Source of the DNA: Candidatus Latescibacterota bacterium
GTDB taxonomy: Bacteria; Latescibacterota; UBA2968; SICM01
Assembly (NCBI GenBank): GCA_965217865.1
Contig: CBDCJO010000002.1
Span: 3,424,001-3,488,000, forward strand
Direction of reading: 5' to 3'
DNA: 64,000 nt
Shown here: positions 20,578-30,692 of the stretch, piece after piece
How the letters are laid out: each line of letters begins with the position of its first letter
How positions within the stretch are numbered: the first letter of the stretch is position 1
Program-made: the position numbers and the translations under genes
Notes under the pieces: model-generated
Database searches by the model: none
What the model was told of the DNA's origin: nothing
What the model saw: the letters and a program-made list of their open reading frames with translations, nothing else

Positions 20578-21441
20578 GTGATCAGGCTGGTGGCATTCGA
20601 CCTCGACGGGACGGTGCTGGACGGGACCGGGACTCCGTCCGACTCTTCTCTGAAGGCGATCCGGGAGATGCAATCGAAGGGGATCGCCCTTTCCACGATG
20701 AGCGGTCGGAACGTAGACCGGAGTCTTGCAGCGTTCCAGGGAGAAGCCGGCTTGACGGACGAAATGCATTGTGGGGCCTATAACGGATCCGTTGTGGTCG
20801 GGCCGTCGGAGGGGGGACGCCGAAATCTCTTGTTCGAACAACGGATCCCCGTGGCGGTGCTTCCGGATCTGGTGGGCTATATCCGGGACCAGTGGCTCAA
20901 TTTCATCTACTATCAATGTCTCCCCCACCCCACCCTCGGGGTGGAGGAACAGTATCTTTCGGACCGCCGATCGGAATCCACAGACATCCTTGTGAATCAG
21001 GTGGGCGCGGATTTCACCTTCGATCCTGCGCTGTCGGATCGCGTCCTGGATGGGGATCTGGGGCCGCCTCCGAAAATCGTGATCCTTCCCGGGGAGAATC
21101 GGCGAGATGACGAATTCCAGAGGGTTTCCGCTCGGTTCGGGGATCAACTTTACATCGCGAGGACCGACAGCGATCGGGTCGAATTCATGCACCCCCGGAT
21201 CAACAAGTGGACCGCGGTCGAAAGGATAGGGCGGTTGAGGGGGATTGACGAATCGGGTATTCTGGCCATCGGGGACGGGGAGAACGACATTCCCATGATC
21301 CAGAATGCGGGCATCGGGGTTGTTATGGGGAATGCGGAGGAAAACCTTAAGAAACTGGTGGACGGGGAACGCATTCATCTGGCCCCGGGGTTCGAGGAAG
21401 AGGGATTTTTCGCAGCGATGCGGAAATACGTTCTGGTCTAG
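20578..21441 (+). CDS. Cof-type HAD-IIB hydrolase
   Basis: DLDGT, SGR, IGDGENDIPM. Confidence 0.9.
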   Translation: MIRLVAFDLDGTVLDGTGTPSDSSLKAIREMQSKGIALSTMSGRNVDRSLAAFQGEAGLTDEMHCGAYNGSVVVGPSEGGRRNLLFEQRIPVAVLPDLVGYIRDQWLNFIYYQCLPHPTLGVEEQYLSDRRSESTDILVNQVGADFTFDPALSDRVLDGDLGPPPKIVILPGENRRDDEFQRVSARFGDQLYIARTDSDRVEFMHPRINKWTAVERIGRLRGIDESGILAIGDGENDIPMIQNAGIGVVMGNAEENLKKLVDGERIHLAPGFEEEGFFAAMRKYVLV

Positions 21442-21492
21442 GATCGGTTCCACGTTCACGCGGGGAAATTTTTCTACTTTTCGGAAGGTCAG

Positions 21493-22278
21493 ATGGGCAG
21501 ATTGAAGGTTGGCGTGATGGTCGAGTCCTTCAGGGTCGGGGTAAAGGGGGGGATAAGGATGGCCAGGGAAGTTGGTGCGGACGGGATCCAGGTCTATACC
21601 ACCCGGGGTGATATGGCACCGGAAAACCTCTCCCGGTCAGGTCGGCAGGGGTTTCTCCAATATGTCCAATCCCACGATTTGACGATCAGCGCGCTTTGTG
21701 GAGACTATGGTGGAGGGGGATTCGTCGATCCGGAGGGTCTGGATCAGCGGATCGAGGGGACGAAAAGGGTCTTTGACCTTGCTCGCGACCTGGATGTGTC
21801 GTTCGTGACGACGCATATCGGAGTCGTGCCCGATGAGAGGGATTCGAAACCGTGGAACGATCTGGTGGCAATCATTCGGGAGGTGGCCGAATACGGGGCG
21901 CGTCTGGGATGCTGCTTCGCTACGGAGACCGGACCTGAGGACGGGCCGCACCTTCGGGATTTTTTGAGGGCTGTGAACAGCGATGGGGCGCGCGTCAATT
22001 ATGATCCGGGGAACGTTGTGATGGCGGGGTTCGATGCCTCGCAGGGGGTGAAGGATCTGAAAGGTTTCATCGTCCATACACACGCAAAGGACGGCGTTCG
22101 AAACGAAGACGGGACGTACGAGGAGGTCCCGCTCGGAGAGGGACAGGTGCCCTGGGAAGAATACATCTCCGCCCTTGACGAATCCGACTACAACGGATTC
22201 TATACGGTGGAGCGCGAAGTGGGAATGGATCCTGCAATCGACATACGGCAGGCTGTTGATTTTTTAAGAAAATTTTGA
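21493..22278 (+). CDS. sugar phosphate isomerase/epimerase
   Basis: ETGPE, NYDPGN, HTHAKD, LGEG.V, ERE. Confidence 0.85.
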   Translation: MGRLKVGVMVESFRVGVKGGIRMAREVGADGIQVYTTRGDMAPENLSRSGRQGFLQYVQSHDLTISALCGDYGGGGFVDPEGLDQRIEGTKRVFDLARDLDVSFVTTHIGVVPDERDSKPWNDLVAIIREVAEYGARLGCCFATETGPEDGPHLRDFLRAVNSDGARVNYDPGNVVMAGFDASQGVKDLKGFIVHTHAKDGVRNEDGTYEEVPLGEGQVPWEEYISALDESDYNGFYTVEREVGMDPAIDIRQAVDFLRKF

Positions 22279-22364
22279 AACGTGTTTCAGTGAAAGGGGA
22301 CGTGAACCCGGAACGTGAAATTTGAGACGATTCGCGGGCGCTGCGCTGCGATCGGAGAATCCTT

Positions 22365-22988
22365 GTGATCCTTAAATCCTTGACCGTCGGGCCGATGGCG
22401 TCCAACTGCTATATCCTGGGTTGTGAAGCCAAGGGGGAGGGCCTTGTCATCGATCCAGGCGACGAGCCAAGGGAGGTCCTCGATGCAGTTGCGGAAGAGG
22501 GAATCGCGGTAAAGGAGATCGTCGCGACACACGGTCACTTCGACCATATCGGTTATGCGAAAGAGGTGCAGGATGCCCTCGGCGGGATCCCGTTTGCAAT
22601 CCACCAGGATGATCTTTTCCTGGTCGAGGGCCTGGTTGAGGCCGCCGGGCTTTTCGGCGCGAAGGTCGAACACCCCCCTGAGGTCAGCCGGTTCCTGAAG
22701 GAGGGGGACAGAATTTCCTTCGGGGAGGAGTCGCTGGATGTTCTGCATACTCCGGGTCATTCTCCCGGAGGGATCACCCTCATCCGAAGAGGGATTGCAA
22801 TTGTCGGCGATTGCCTGTTCGCAGGGTCGATCGGACGGACGGACCTGGCGGGCGGCGCATACGACGTTCTGATTGCCTCTATCCGGGATAAGCTCCTTAC
22901 ACTGGACGATTCAACGGAGGTCTATCCGGGTCACGGCCCTCCTACAACGATCGGGGAGGAACGCAACCATAACCCGTTTCTTAGATGA
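22365..22988 (+). CDS. MBL-fold metallo-hydrolase (glyoxalase II-like)
   Basis: THGHFDH, TPGHSPG, GRTDL, PGHG. Confidence 0.92.
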   Translation: MILKSLTVGPMASNCYILGCEAKGEGLVIDPGDEPREVLDAVAEEGIAVKEIVATHGHFDHIGYAKEVQDALGGIPFAIHQDDLFLVEGLVEAAGLFGAKVEHPPEVSRFLKEGDRISFGEESLDVLHTPGHSPGGITLIRRGIAIVGDCLFAGSIGRTDLAGGAYDVLIASIRDKLLTLDDSTEVYPGHGPPTTIGEERNHNPFLR

Positions 22989-23103
22989 GGGAGGGTCTGA
23001 TTTTTTTCGGGGATCTGGGTCGGCGCCCAACCTCCGATCCCCGGAAACCGATCCTTCATGTCAACCCTTAATCTTGAACCTTTATCAAAATAATGGAGAC
23101 GCC

Positions 23104-24609
23104 ATGGACGTTTCAGTCAAAATCGGGGACATTCTGCAAGACGATGCGGATGCCGTGGTCCTGAATCTATTCGAGGGTGCCGAGAAGCCCGCTGGCGCGA
23201 CAGGTGCCGTGGACCGGGCGCTCGGTGGGGCGATCTCAGACCTCATCTCAACGGGAGATTTCAAGGGAAAGGAGAAGGAGACCGCGCTTCTCTATCCGCG
23301 GAACGGCATCGCCGCGAAGCGTGTCATTCTCGTTGGCCTCGGAAAACAGGAGGGGTTTTCGCTGGACCGGGCACGTCAGGCCGCAGGTGTGGCGGCAAAA
23401 CGTGCCCGGAACCTCGGCGTCAAACGCCTGACCACCATCGCCCACGGGGCCGGGGCCGGGGGACTCGATCCGGCTCATGCGTCGCAGGCGGTCGTGGAGG
23501 GCAGCATCCTGGGAACCTATCAGTTCACTGCGTTCAAGACCTCGGATATAGATGAGATCAAGTCCCTGGACGCCCTCAGGATTATCGAGGCCGATCCGGA
23601 CCGGAGGGAGGCCGTGGAGGGGGGGGCAGAGGTGGGAAGGATCGTGGCTGAGGCGGTCTGTTCAGCACGTGACCTGGCCAACCGCCCAGGGAACGACCTC
23701 ACGCCTTCTGCACTGGCCGACCTTTCGAAGGAGATGGCCTCAGAGACGGGGTTGGCGTGTCAGGTTTTGGATGAAGAGGCCATGGCCAAAATCGGGATGC
23801 GGACAATCCTTGCCGTGTCCCAGGGGAGCGAACAGGGTGCAAGGTTCATCATTTTAGAGCACAAGGGAGAAAAGGCCGAGGAAAAACCGATCGTCTTCGT
23901 CGGGAAAGGGATCACATTCGACTCCGGAGGCATCTCCCTCAAACCGGGAGATGGGATGTGGGACATGAAGTTCGACATGTGCGGGGCGGCTGCGGTTGTG
24001 GGTGCCATGCAGGCCGTTGCCCGTCTGAAACTCCCGGTTCACGTCGTGGGCTTGATTGCGGCTACAGAGAATCTGCCGGGCGGAAGAGCGATCAAACCGG
24101 GTGATATCGTGACTTCTCTGTCGGGAAAGACGATCGAGATTGCGAACACCGACGCTGAGGGACGGCTCGTCCTGGCCGATGCCCTGGCCTACGCCAGCCG
24201 CTACGAGCCCGTTGCGGCCATCGACCTGGCGACACTCACAGGGGCCTGCATCGTTGCCCTTGGACACGAGGCCTCCGGATTGATCGCAAACGATCAGGGT
24301 CTAGCGGACGAAGTCCACAGCGTCGGGGATGAGGTGGGTGAGATCGTCTGGCAGTTTCCTGTCCTGGCGGGACATCGGGAGCAGATCAAGAGCGACTACG
24401 CGGATGTCCGGAACATCGGAGGTCGGGGGGCCGGGACGATAACGGGGGGGGCTTTTTTGAGCCATTTTTCAGAAGGCTATCCGTGGGTCCACCTCGATAT
24501 TGCTGGGGTGGCCTGGTCCGACAAGGACCGCCCTTACATCCCGAAAGGCGGTACGGGATTCGGCGTCCGCCTCCTCGTGGAATTTGCCCGGAGGAGATCG
24601 ACGGGATAA
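23104..24609 (+). CDS. pepA: leucyl aminopeptidase (M17)
   Basis: GKGITFDSGG, MKFDM, NTDAEGRLVLAD, HLDIAG. Confidence 0.95.
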   Translation: MDVSVKIGDILQDDADAVVLNLFEGAEKPAGATGAVDRALGGAISDLISTGDFKGKEKETALLYPRNGIAAKRVILVGLGKQEGFSLDRARQAAGVAAKRARNLGVKRLTTIAHGAGAGGLDPAHASQAVVEGSILGTYQFTAFKTSDIDEIKSLDALRIIEADPDRREAVEGGAEVGRIVAEAVCSARDLANRPGNDLTPSALADLSKEMASETGLACQVLDEEAMAKIGMRTILAVSQGSEQGARFIILEHKGEKAEEKPIVFVGKGITFDSGGISLKPGDGMWDMKFDMCGAAAVVGAMQAVARLKLPVHVVGLIAATENLPGGRAIKPGDIVTSLSGKTIEIANTDAEGRLVLADALAYASRYEPVAAIDLATLTGACIVALGHEASGLIANDQGLADEVHSVGDEVGEIVWQFPVLAGHREQIKSDYADVRNIGGRGAGTITGGAFLSHFSEGYPWVHLDIAGVAWSDKDRPYIPKGGTGFGVRLLVEFARRRSTG

Positions 24610-24615
24610 GCGGGT

Positions 24616-24644
24616 TTGACATCCCCGGATAATTTTTCTATCTT
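24616..24644 (+). promoter_or_regulatory. probable sigma70 promoter of the LytS-like operon
   Basis: TTGACA-17-TATCTT. Confidence 0.55.
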
Positions 24645-24710
24645 TATGTTTGACAATCAGTTTCGCAGGTACAAGACCCCTTTCGTTGTTCTTTCCCGGT
24701 TGAGGAACCC

Positions 24711-26063
24711 GTGGGCAAGGTACTCACCGAAGATCAGATTCTGCTCGTTACGATGTTGATCCAGGTGGGCGTGATGGCAGCGCTGGCCAGTATTCTCATC
24801 CGGTCGGGCAGGTTCGGCCGTATCCTGTTCAAGCCTATACGGACGCTTCGGGAACGGTTAATCATTGCGCTTCTCCTGGGTTCCCTGCTCGGTTTCGGAG
24901 TGATCGTTCGGCTCCTCCTGAACTACAACGCGGCCGATCTTAGCCTGTCCGGAACCATGCTTGCCGGACTTATGGCCGGACCTGTCACAGGGAGCATCGT
25001 TGGACTGATGGTGGGAATCCCCGCGTTCTTCGGGGGAGAGCTTCTCGCCCTCCCGATGGGGATCCTTTACGGGCTGGTGGGTGGGGGTATCCACCGGGCC
25101 TGTCCTTCCAAGGAGGAGATCTGGCGCTTTTCTCCGGTTCCGGTCCTGAATGCCTATCAGTTTATCAAGACCTGGATCCAGGAAAAAAAGATCATCGACT
25201 GGCGCACGGTGATCTTCGGGGTCTGCATCGGTCTGGAGTCTCTCCGGCTGGTGCTGAGTCGAAAATTCGGCCTCATATTCAGCTTCGACCCCGATAGCAG
25301 CATCGTGCTTCTCTGCATGTTCGTCACAACAATCTCCTGTCTGGGAGTCCCGCTGCGGATCTGGGGGAGCGCGCTCACGGAGCGGATGCTGAAGGAACAG
25401 GAGGCCCTTGTCCTGCGGGCGCGTTTTGAGGCCTTGCGAAATCAGATCAATCCCCACTTCCTGTTCAATACCCTCAACTCCATCGCATCGGCCATCCGGT
25501 CGGACCCTGACAAGGCACGGGAGATTATCGTGAAGCTCTCCCGGATTCTTCGCCGCCTCCTGAGCCGGGGCCAGGATTTCGTTCCCCTTCGGGAAGAGCT
25601 TGAATTCATCGACGCCTACCTGGCCATCGAAGTCATCCGATTTGGGAGAGAGAAGCTTCGAATCGAAAAGGCCATCGATCGCGCATCGCTCGACACGTTT
25701 ATCCCGGCCATGATTCTGCAACCCCTTGTCGAGAACGCCATTCGGCACGGGATCACGCCGAAAATGGAAGGGGGCAGGATCACGCTTCGCGCCACGCAAC
25801 GGGGAATCGGCACCCGGGTCGAGGTTGAGGATGACGGCGTCGGTATCCCGAACGGACGGGGGGAAGAGATGGCCGGAGGCGGGATCGGGATCAAAAACGT
25901 CAACGAACGATTGCAGGTCGCGTTCGGTCCTGAGGCGGGACTTCATATCGAGAGCCGTCCCGGATTGGGGACGAGGGTTTGGGCGGACATTCCCGAGAGG
26001 TACGCCATCCCCTTCCGCGAGGAGAGCGGAACCGATGAAGATCAGGACCGTCATCGCCGATGA
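24711..26063 (+). CDS. LytS/YehU-family sensor histidine kinase
   Basis: TM region; QINPHFLFNTLN, LQPLVENAI.HG, DDGVG. Confidence 0.92.
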   Translation: MGKVLTEDQILLVTMLIQVGVMAALASILIRSGRFGRILFKPIRTLRERLIIALLLGSLLGFGVIVRLLLNYNAADLSLSGTMLAGLMAGPVTGSIVGLMVGIPAFFGGELLALPMGILYGLVGGGIHRACPSKEEIWRFSPVPVLNAYQFIKTWIQEKKIIDWRTVIFGVCIGLESLRLVLSRKFGLIFSFDPDSSIVLLCMFVTTISCLGVPLRIWGSALTERMLKEQEALVLRARFEALRNQINPHFLFNTLNSIASAIRSDPDKAREIIVKLSRILRRLLSRGQDFVPLREELEFIDAYLAIEVIRFGREKLRIEKAIDRASLDTFIPAMILQPLVENAIRHGITPKMEGGRITLRATQRGIGTRVEVEDDGVGIPNGRGEEMAGGGIGIKNVNERLQVAFGPEAGLHIESRPGLGTRVWADIPERYAIPFREESGTDEDQDRHRR

Positions 26064-26802
26064 CGAACAACTCGCCCGAGACGAGATCTGTTTCCTCCTG
26101 GACGGGTTTCCGGAGATAGACGTCCTGGAGTGTGCATCGAATGGTGAGGAGGCGCTGGAGATGGTCGGCCGGCTCAATCCGGACCTGGCCATGCTCGACA
26201 TTCAGATGCCGGGGATTACCGGATTTCAGGTCGTGGAGCAGCTCCTGGGGCGCAAGAAATTCCCCCACATCATCTTTGTCACCGCTTATGATCAGTATGC
26301 CTTGAAGGCCTTCGAAGTGAATGCAACCGATTATCTTCTAAAACCGATCGAAAAGGGGCGACTCTCCACGGCCATTCAAAAGGTGAAAGAGAGGATGGAG
26401 TCGTCGGAGAGCATGCAGGATCGGATTGCCAGCCTGCTCGATGCGGTCGGCGGACAGCGAAAATTCCTCTCCCGCATCACGCTTCGCGACTCGGGAAAGG
26501 TCCTCCTGGTCGATGCCTCGGAGATGGTCTATGCAACGACCGAAGGGGGTGTGATCTACGTGGCAACGCCTTCCTCCCGAAAGTCGACCGCTTATCGAAC
26601 CCTCGAAGAGCTGGAGGCAGACCTGGATCCCGAGAAGTTCTGTCGAACCCACCGGAGCTTTCTGGTCAACATAGAACAGGTCTCAGAGATCATCCCGTGG
26701 TTCAGCGGGACCTATCACCTCAAGATGAAGGACGAGGGGGGGACCGAGGTCCCACTCAGCCGGACCCGGGTGAAAGAGTTGAGGAAGGTTTTGAAGTGGT
26801 AG
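26035..26802 (+). CDS. LytTR-family response regulator
   Basis: ADDE, LDIQMP, TAYD, DYLLKP; F.R.HRS..VN. Confidence 0.92.
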   Translation: MKIRTVIADDEQLARDEICFLLDGFPEIDVLECASNGEEALEMVGRLNPDLAMLDIQMPGITGFQVVEQLLGRKKFPHIIFVTAYDQYALKAFEVNATDYLLKPIEKGRLSTAIQKVKERMESSESMQDRIASLLDAVGGQRKFLSRITLRDSGKVLLVDASEMVYATTEGGVIYVATPSSRKSTAYRTLEELEADLDPEKFCRTHRSFLVNIEQVSEIIPWFSGTYHLKMKDEGGTEVPLSRTRVKELRKVLKW

Positions 26803-26874
26803 GGCATGACATTGAAGATTGAAGATTGAAAATTACTGCCACTGAAATCCGCAATCAAAAATCAGGAATCGAAA

Positions 26875-28002
26875 ATGTCTCTCGGCCTGTACATCCACAT
26901 TCCTTTTTGTGTCAGCAAGTGCCCTTATTGCGATTTTTCGACGGTCGTGGGGAGGGATCATCTCTCCAGCAGATACGTTGACGCACTCGTTCGGGAGGTC
27001 CGGGAAAGGATCCCCCAGTCGCATTCACATCCCGTCCGGTTCGATACGATTTACTTCGGGGGCGGTACGCCCACGAGCCTGTCCACCGCCGCGATCGGAC
27101 GCATTCTGGAGGCGGTGCGGACGGCCGGGGAGGTCTCCGAAGGTGTTGAGATCACGCTGGAGGCCAACCCGGAAAGTGCGGGCCCGGTGAAGTTCCGGGA
27201 ACTTCGGGATCTGGGTGTCAATCGGCTGAGCATAGGCCTGCAGTCGTTTGATGACGAAGATCTACGAATCCTGGGCAGAGCTCACTCATCCGAGGAGGCG
27301 ATCCGGACTTATCGCTCCGCAAGAGCGGCGGGGTTCAACGACGTGAACCTGGACCTCATCTTCGCGCTTCCCGGACAGACCGAATCGAGATGGGGTTCCC
27401 AGCTGAAAAGGCTTGTTTCCCTCGCTCCTGATCACGTCTCCGTCTATCAGCTGACGGTCGAGCCGGGAACGGAGTTCGGAAGGCTTCACCGGAACGGTGA
27501 GCTGCGCACCCTTTCCGAGGAGGCTCAGGCCGCGATGTACGGGGAAGCGGTCGACAGATTGACCGATGCCGGGTACGTCCATTATGAGATATCAAACTTT
27601 TGCCGGCCCGGATGCCAATCCCGACATAACCTGAATTATTGGGGCGGGTCGGATTACCTCGGCCTGGGGTTGTCGGCTCACTCGTTCGAAAAGGGGCGCC
27701 GGTCCTGGAACGTACGGGGGTTGACCGAGTATCTTGAGAGGATCGAAGAAGGAGGAACGGCGGTGGGAGGGCTAGAGTCCCTCTCGGACTCAGAGCGGCG
27801 CTCGGAGTCGATCCTTCTGGGACTGCGCAAGATTCGCGAGGGAACTCCGTGGGTTCCAGCGGAAAAGGATCCAGCCGAACGCCGGCGCGCCGAAGGAATG
27901 GTTGAAGCCGAACTCCTGGAAGCGGTCGACGGCCGTCTTCGTTTGACTCGCAAGGGCCTGATGGTGGCGGATGCAGTGGCGGTCGAACTCGTGAGGGAAT
28001 GA
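26875..28002 (+). CDS. hemW: radical SAM heme chaperone HemW (HemN-like)
   Basis: LYIHIPFC..KC.YCDF, GGGTP, YEISNF, HN..YW. Confidence 0.9.
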   Translation: MSLGLYIHIPFCVSKCPYCDFSTVVGRDHLSSRYVDALVREVRERIPQSHSHPVRFDTIYFGGGTPTSLSTAAIGRILEAVRTAGEVSEGVEITLEANPESAGPVKFRELRDLGVNRLSIGLQSFDDEDLRILGRAHSSEEAIRTYRSARAAGFNDVNLDLIFALPGQTESRWGSQLKRLVSLAPDHVSVYQLTVEPGTEFGRLHRNGELRTLSEEAQAAMYGEAVDRLTDAGYVHYEISNFCRPGCQSRHNLNYWGGSDYLGLGLSAHSFEKGRRSWNVRGLTEYLERIEEGGTAVGGLESLSDSERRSESILLGLRKIREGTPWVPAEKDPAERRRAEGMVEAELLEAVDGRLRLTRKGLMVADAVAVELVRE

Positions 28003-28907
28003 TGCCGAGGACCAGCCTCCGGATTCCAGCGACTACAGCAAACCTGGGTCCCGGCTTCGACACCTTCGGGCTTGCGCTGACCCTCTACAACCGGATCCGG
28101 GTGGAAACGACGGGGTCGGACGGCGGGATCTCCGTGTCGGTTCGGGGAGAGGGGGAAGGCCAAATCCCGAAGGACGAGCGCAACCTGATCTTCGTGTCCA
28201 TCAGGGCGTTCTTCGAGAGGATCGGACGGCCGATCCCCGGGCTTAAGATCGACGCCGAAAACAAAATTCCCCTTGCCCGGGGACTGGGCAGCAGCGCATC
28301 TGCTGTCGTGGGGGGTCTGGTCGCGGCGAACCTGCTCTCCGGCTCGCCGTTATCGGATGCGGACCTGATTCATCTGGCGACCCAAATCGAAGGACATCCG
28401 GACAATGCCGTGGCCTGCGTGCTTGGCGGGTTTACCGCGGCTGCCCAATCGGACGGAAAAGTGACCACCATCAGGACGAGCCTCGAAAAGAGGATTCGGG
28501 CGGTCGTCGCGATACCGACATTCGAACTGGAGACCCTCAAAGCCCGCAGTGCCCTTCCCGCGTCTGTCAGCATGCAGGATGCGGTTTACAATGTATCGCA
28601 TACCGCCCTGATGGCCATCGCGTTGGCGAAGGGCGACTTTGAGGTCGTTCGAGCGGCCATGAAGGATCGGCTCCACCAGCCCTACCGGGCTTCATTTATC
28701 CCGGGCATGACCCGGGTATTCGAGGGGGCTATGGGGGCCGGCGCCCTGGGCGTAGCGATCTCGGGGGCGGGTCCCGCTCTGATCGCCCTGGTCGAGGAGC
28801 AGGAAGCGCGGGTGGGCGAGGCCATGTGCAGGGCGTGGGAGGCCGAGGGGATATCCTCCCGGATCCTTACCCTTGACGTGGACACTGACGGAACGGTGGA
28901 GACGTGA
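27999..28907 (+). CDS. thrB: homoserine kinase
   Basis: PATTANLGPGFD, PLARGLGSSA, EGHPDN, SGAGP. Confidence 0.95.
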   Translation: MMPRTSLRIPATTANLGPGFDTFGLALTLYNRIRVETTGSDGGISVSVRGEGEGQIPKDERNLIFVSIRAFFERIGRPIPGLKIDAENKIPLARGLGSSASAVVGGLVAANLLSGSPLSDADLIHLATQIEGHPDNAVACVLGGFTAAAQSDGKVTTIRTSLEKRIRAVVAIPTFELETLKARSALPASVSMQDAVYNVSHTALMAIALAKGDFEVVRAAMKDRLHQPYRASFIPGMTRVFEGAMGAGALGVAISGAGPALIALVEEQEARVGEAMCRAWEAEGISSRILTLDVDTDGTVET

Positions 28908-28938
28908 TTAGACGCACCGATTCAATCGGAGGACCGAA

Positions 28939-30645
28939 TTGTACAGACGACTTCTGATTTTTTCTCTCTGTCTTTTGCTGGTTCTGTCCACGGATTCTTT
29001 CGCGAGGAAGCGAAATAAGGAGGGAGCGCGCAAAGAGGGCTCGGATAAAAAGAAACGCCCTGATTTCGATCTGTTCTCCGTTCCGGAGGAAGAGGAAGAA
29101 AAGGAGAAGAAGGATCTTCTAGAACTGAAGCGCATCGTTGTCGGCGATCGAGCCCTTCAGGAGGTGATCCGGTCTGGGCGTTATAAGGTCGGTCCCGGGG
29201 ATGAATTCATGGTGACTGTGGGGGGGGAGCTTAAGAAGACCTTCATCGTACTGGTGTCGGCCCAGGGACAGCTTGTCATCCCGGATATCGGGGCCACGGA
29301 CGTGGCCGGATTTGGGCTCAAAGAAGCCCTCCAGCGCGTCCGGGAGACCATCGAAAGCCGTTTCCGCCAGGTAGAGGTGATCGTCACCCTGGGCCAACCC
29401 CGCGCCTTCCCAGTGGACGTCCTGGGCTATGTGGAGTGGCCAAAGCAGTACCTGGCCACCGGAGTAGACCGTGTCTCGGAATTAATCCTGAGAGCAGGCG
29501 GGCTGGCTTCGATGCATCAACCCTCCATCCGGAACATCCAGATCCTTCGCCCGAGTCAAAAGGATGTGCTGGCTTCGAACATCTCAGTGGATCCGTTCAT
29601 CTCAGATCATGACGGTCCGGTCGAGCGGGCGGATCTTCTCCTCTGGCAGAGAACTGGTGACCCGATCTACAACCCATTTATAACGGATGGCGACGTGATC
29701 CTGGTACCTGTTCGCGGGGACTCGATCGGGATCTTCGGAGCTGTCAACATATCGGGTTATTATGAGTTTGCGGAAGGGGATCGCATATCGGATCTGATCC
29801 AGCTCGGCGGAAAGCTGACCGAAGGGGCGAACCGGAATTATGCCGAGTTGCTTCGACTGACGGGCGGGGGGGCCTCCACCGAACAGATAAAGATCGACCT
29901 GGAAACGGTGCTTGCCGGAAACCGACGGCACGACCTGTTGCTTCAGAAGGGAGACCGGCTCCACGTGCTTCTTGAACGGAAGCTTGTCACCGTGGAGGGT
30001 GAGGTGAAGTTTCCGGGGCCATATCCGATCGATGAGGGGGCGGATCGTCTCCGGGACATTCTCCAGCGGGCGGGTGGTGTGACGGAGGAGGCCTCTCTGG
30101 AACAGGCATCGATCGTGAGGTGGTCGGGGGAGGTCGAAGATCCGGAGTTCGAGCGGTTGCGGGCCTTTCCTCCCTCGCAATTGACCCGGGATCAGCAGGC
30201 TTTCATGAGGCTGAAGACCCGGGAGAAACCGGGCCAGATGGCTATCGATTTCGTCCGCCTTCTCCGTGAGGGGGATGAGTCGCAGAATGTCCTCCTCAGT
30301 CGTAACGACCGGATCATCGTCCCCCGGTCCTCCAAGACCGTGGCTGTCAGCGGTCAGGTCGCCAATCCGAGCACCTTTCTCTACAACTCCGAGTATGGGG
30401 TGGGGGACTATATCCGGCTTGCGGGAGGTCTTGCTAAATCGGCGCAGAAGAAACGCGTCCGGGTGATCAAAGGGAAGACGGGAAAATGGATCGATGCCGA
30501 TCAGGTCGAGCGGGTGGAGCCGGGAGATACGATCCTTGTCCCGGAGAAGCTCCCCCGCGACGGCTGGCGGATGTTCATGGAGGGGCTCGTTGTGGTAGCT
30601 AATATCGTGACAATCATCTCCCTCGCACGGGCCATCACAAAATAG
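28939..30645 (+). CDS. SLBB-domain polysaccharide export protein (Wza/KpsD-like)
   Basis: Y.VGPGD, repeated V.G.V..PG / AGG SLBB units. Confidence 0.85.
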   Translation: MYRRLLIFSLCLLLVLSTDSFARKRNKEGARKEGSDKKKRPDFDLFSVPEEEEEKEKKDLLELKRIVVGDRALQEVIRSGRYKVGPGDEFMVTVGGELKKTFIVLVSAQGQLVIPDIGATDVAGFGLKEALQRVRETIESRFRQVEVIVTLGQPRAFPVDVLGYVEWPKQYLATGVDRVSELILRAGGLASMHQPSIRNIQILRPSQKDVLASNISVDPFISDHDGPVERADLLLWQRTGDPIYNPFITDGDVILVPVRGDSIGIFGAVNISGYYEFAEGDRISDLIQLGGKLTEGANRNYAELLRLTGGGASTEQIKIDLETVLAGNRRHDLLLQKGDRLHVLLERKLVTVEGEVKFPGPYPIDEGADRLRDILQRAGGVTEEASLEQASIVRWSGEVEDPEFERLRAFPPSQLTRDQQAFMRLKTREKPGQMAIDFVRLLREGDESQNVLLSRNDRIIVPRSSKTVAVSGQVANPSTFLYNSEYGVGDYIRLAGGLAKSAQKKRVRVIKGKTGKWIDADQVERVEPGDTILVPEKLPRDGWRMFMEGLVVVANIVTIISLARAITK

Positions 30646-30692
30646 AATCGACAGCAAGCTTCAGATGTCGGGGAAATCACAGGTTTTAAGAC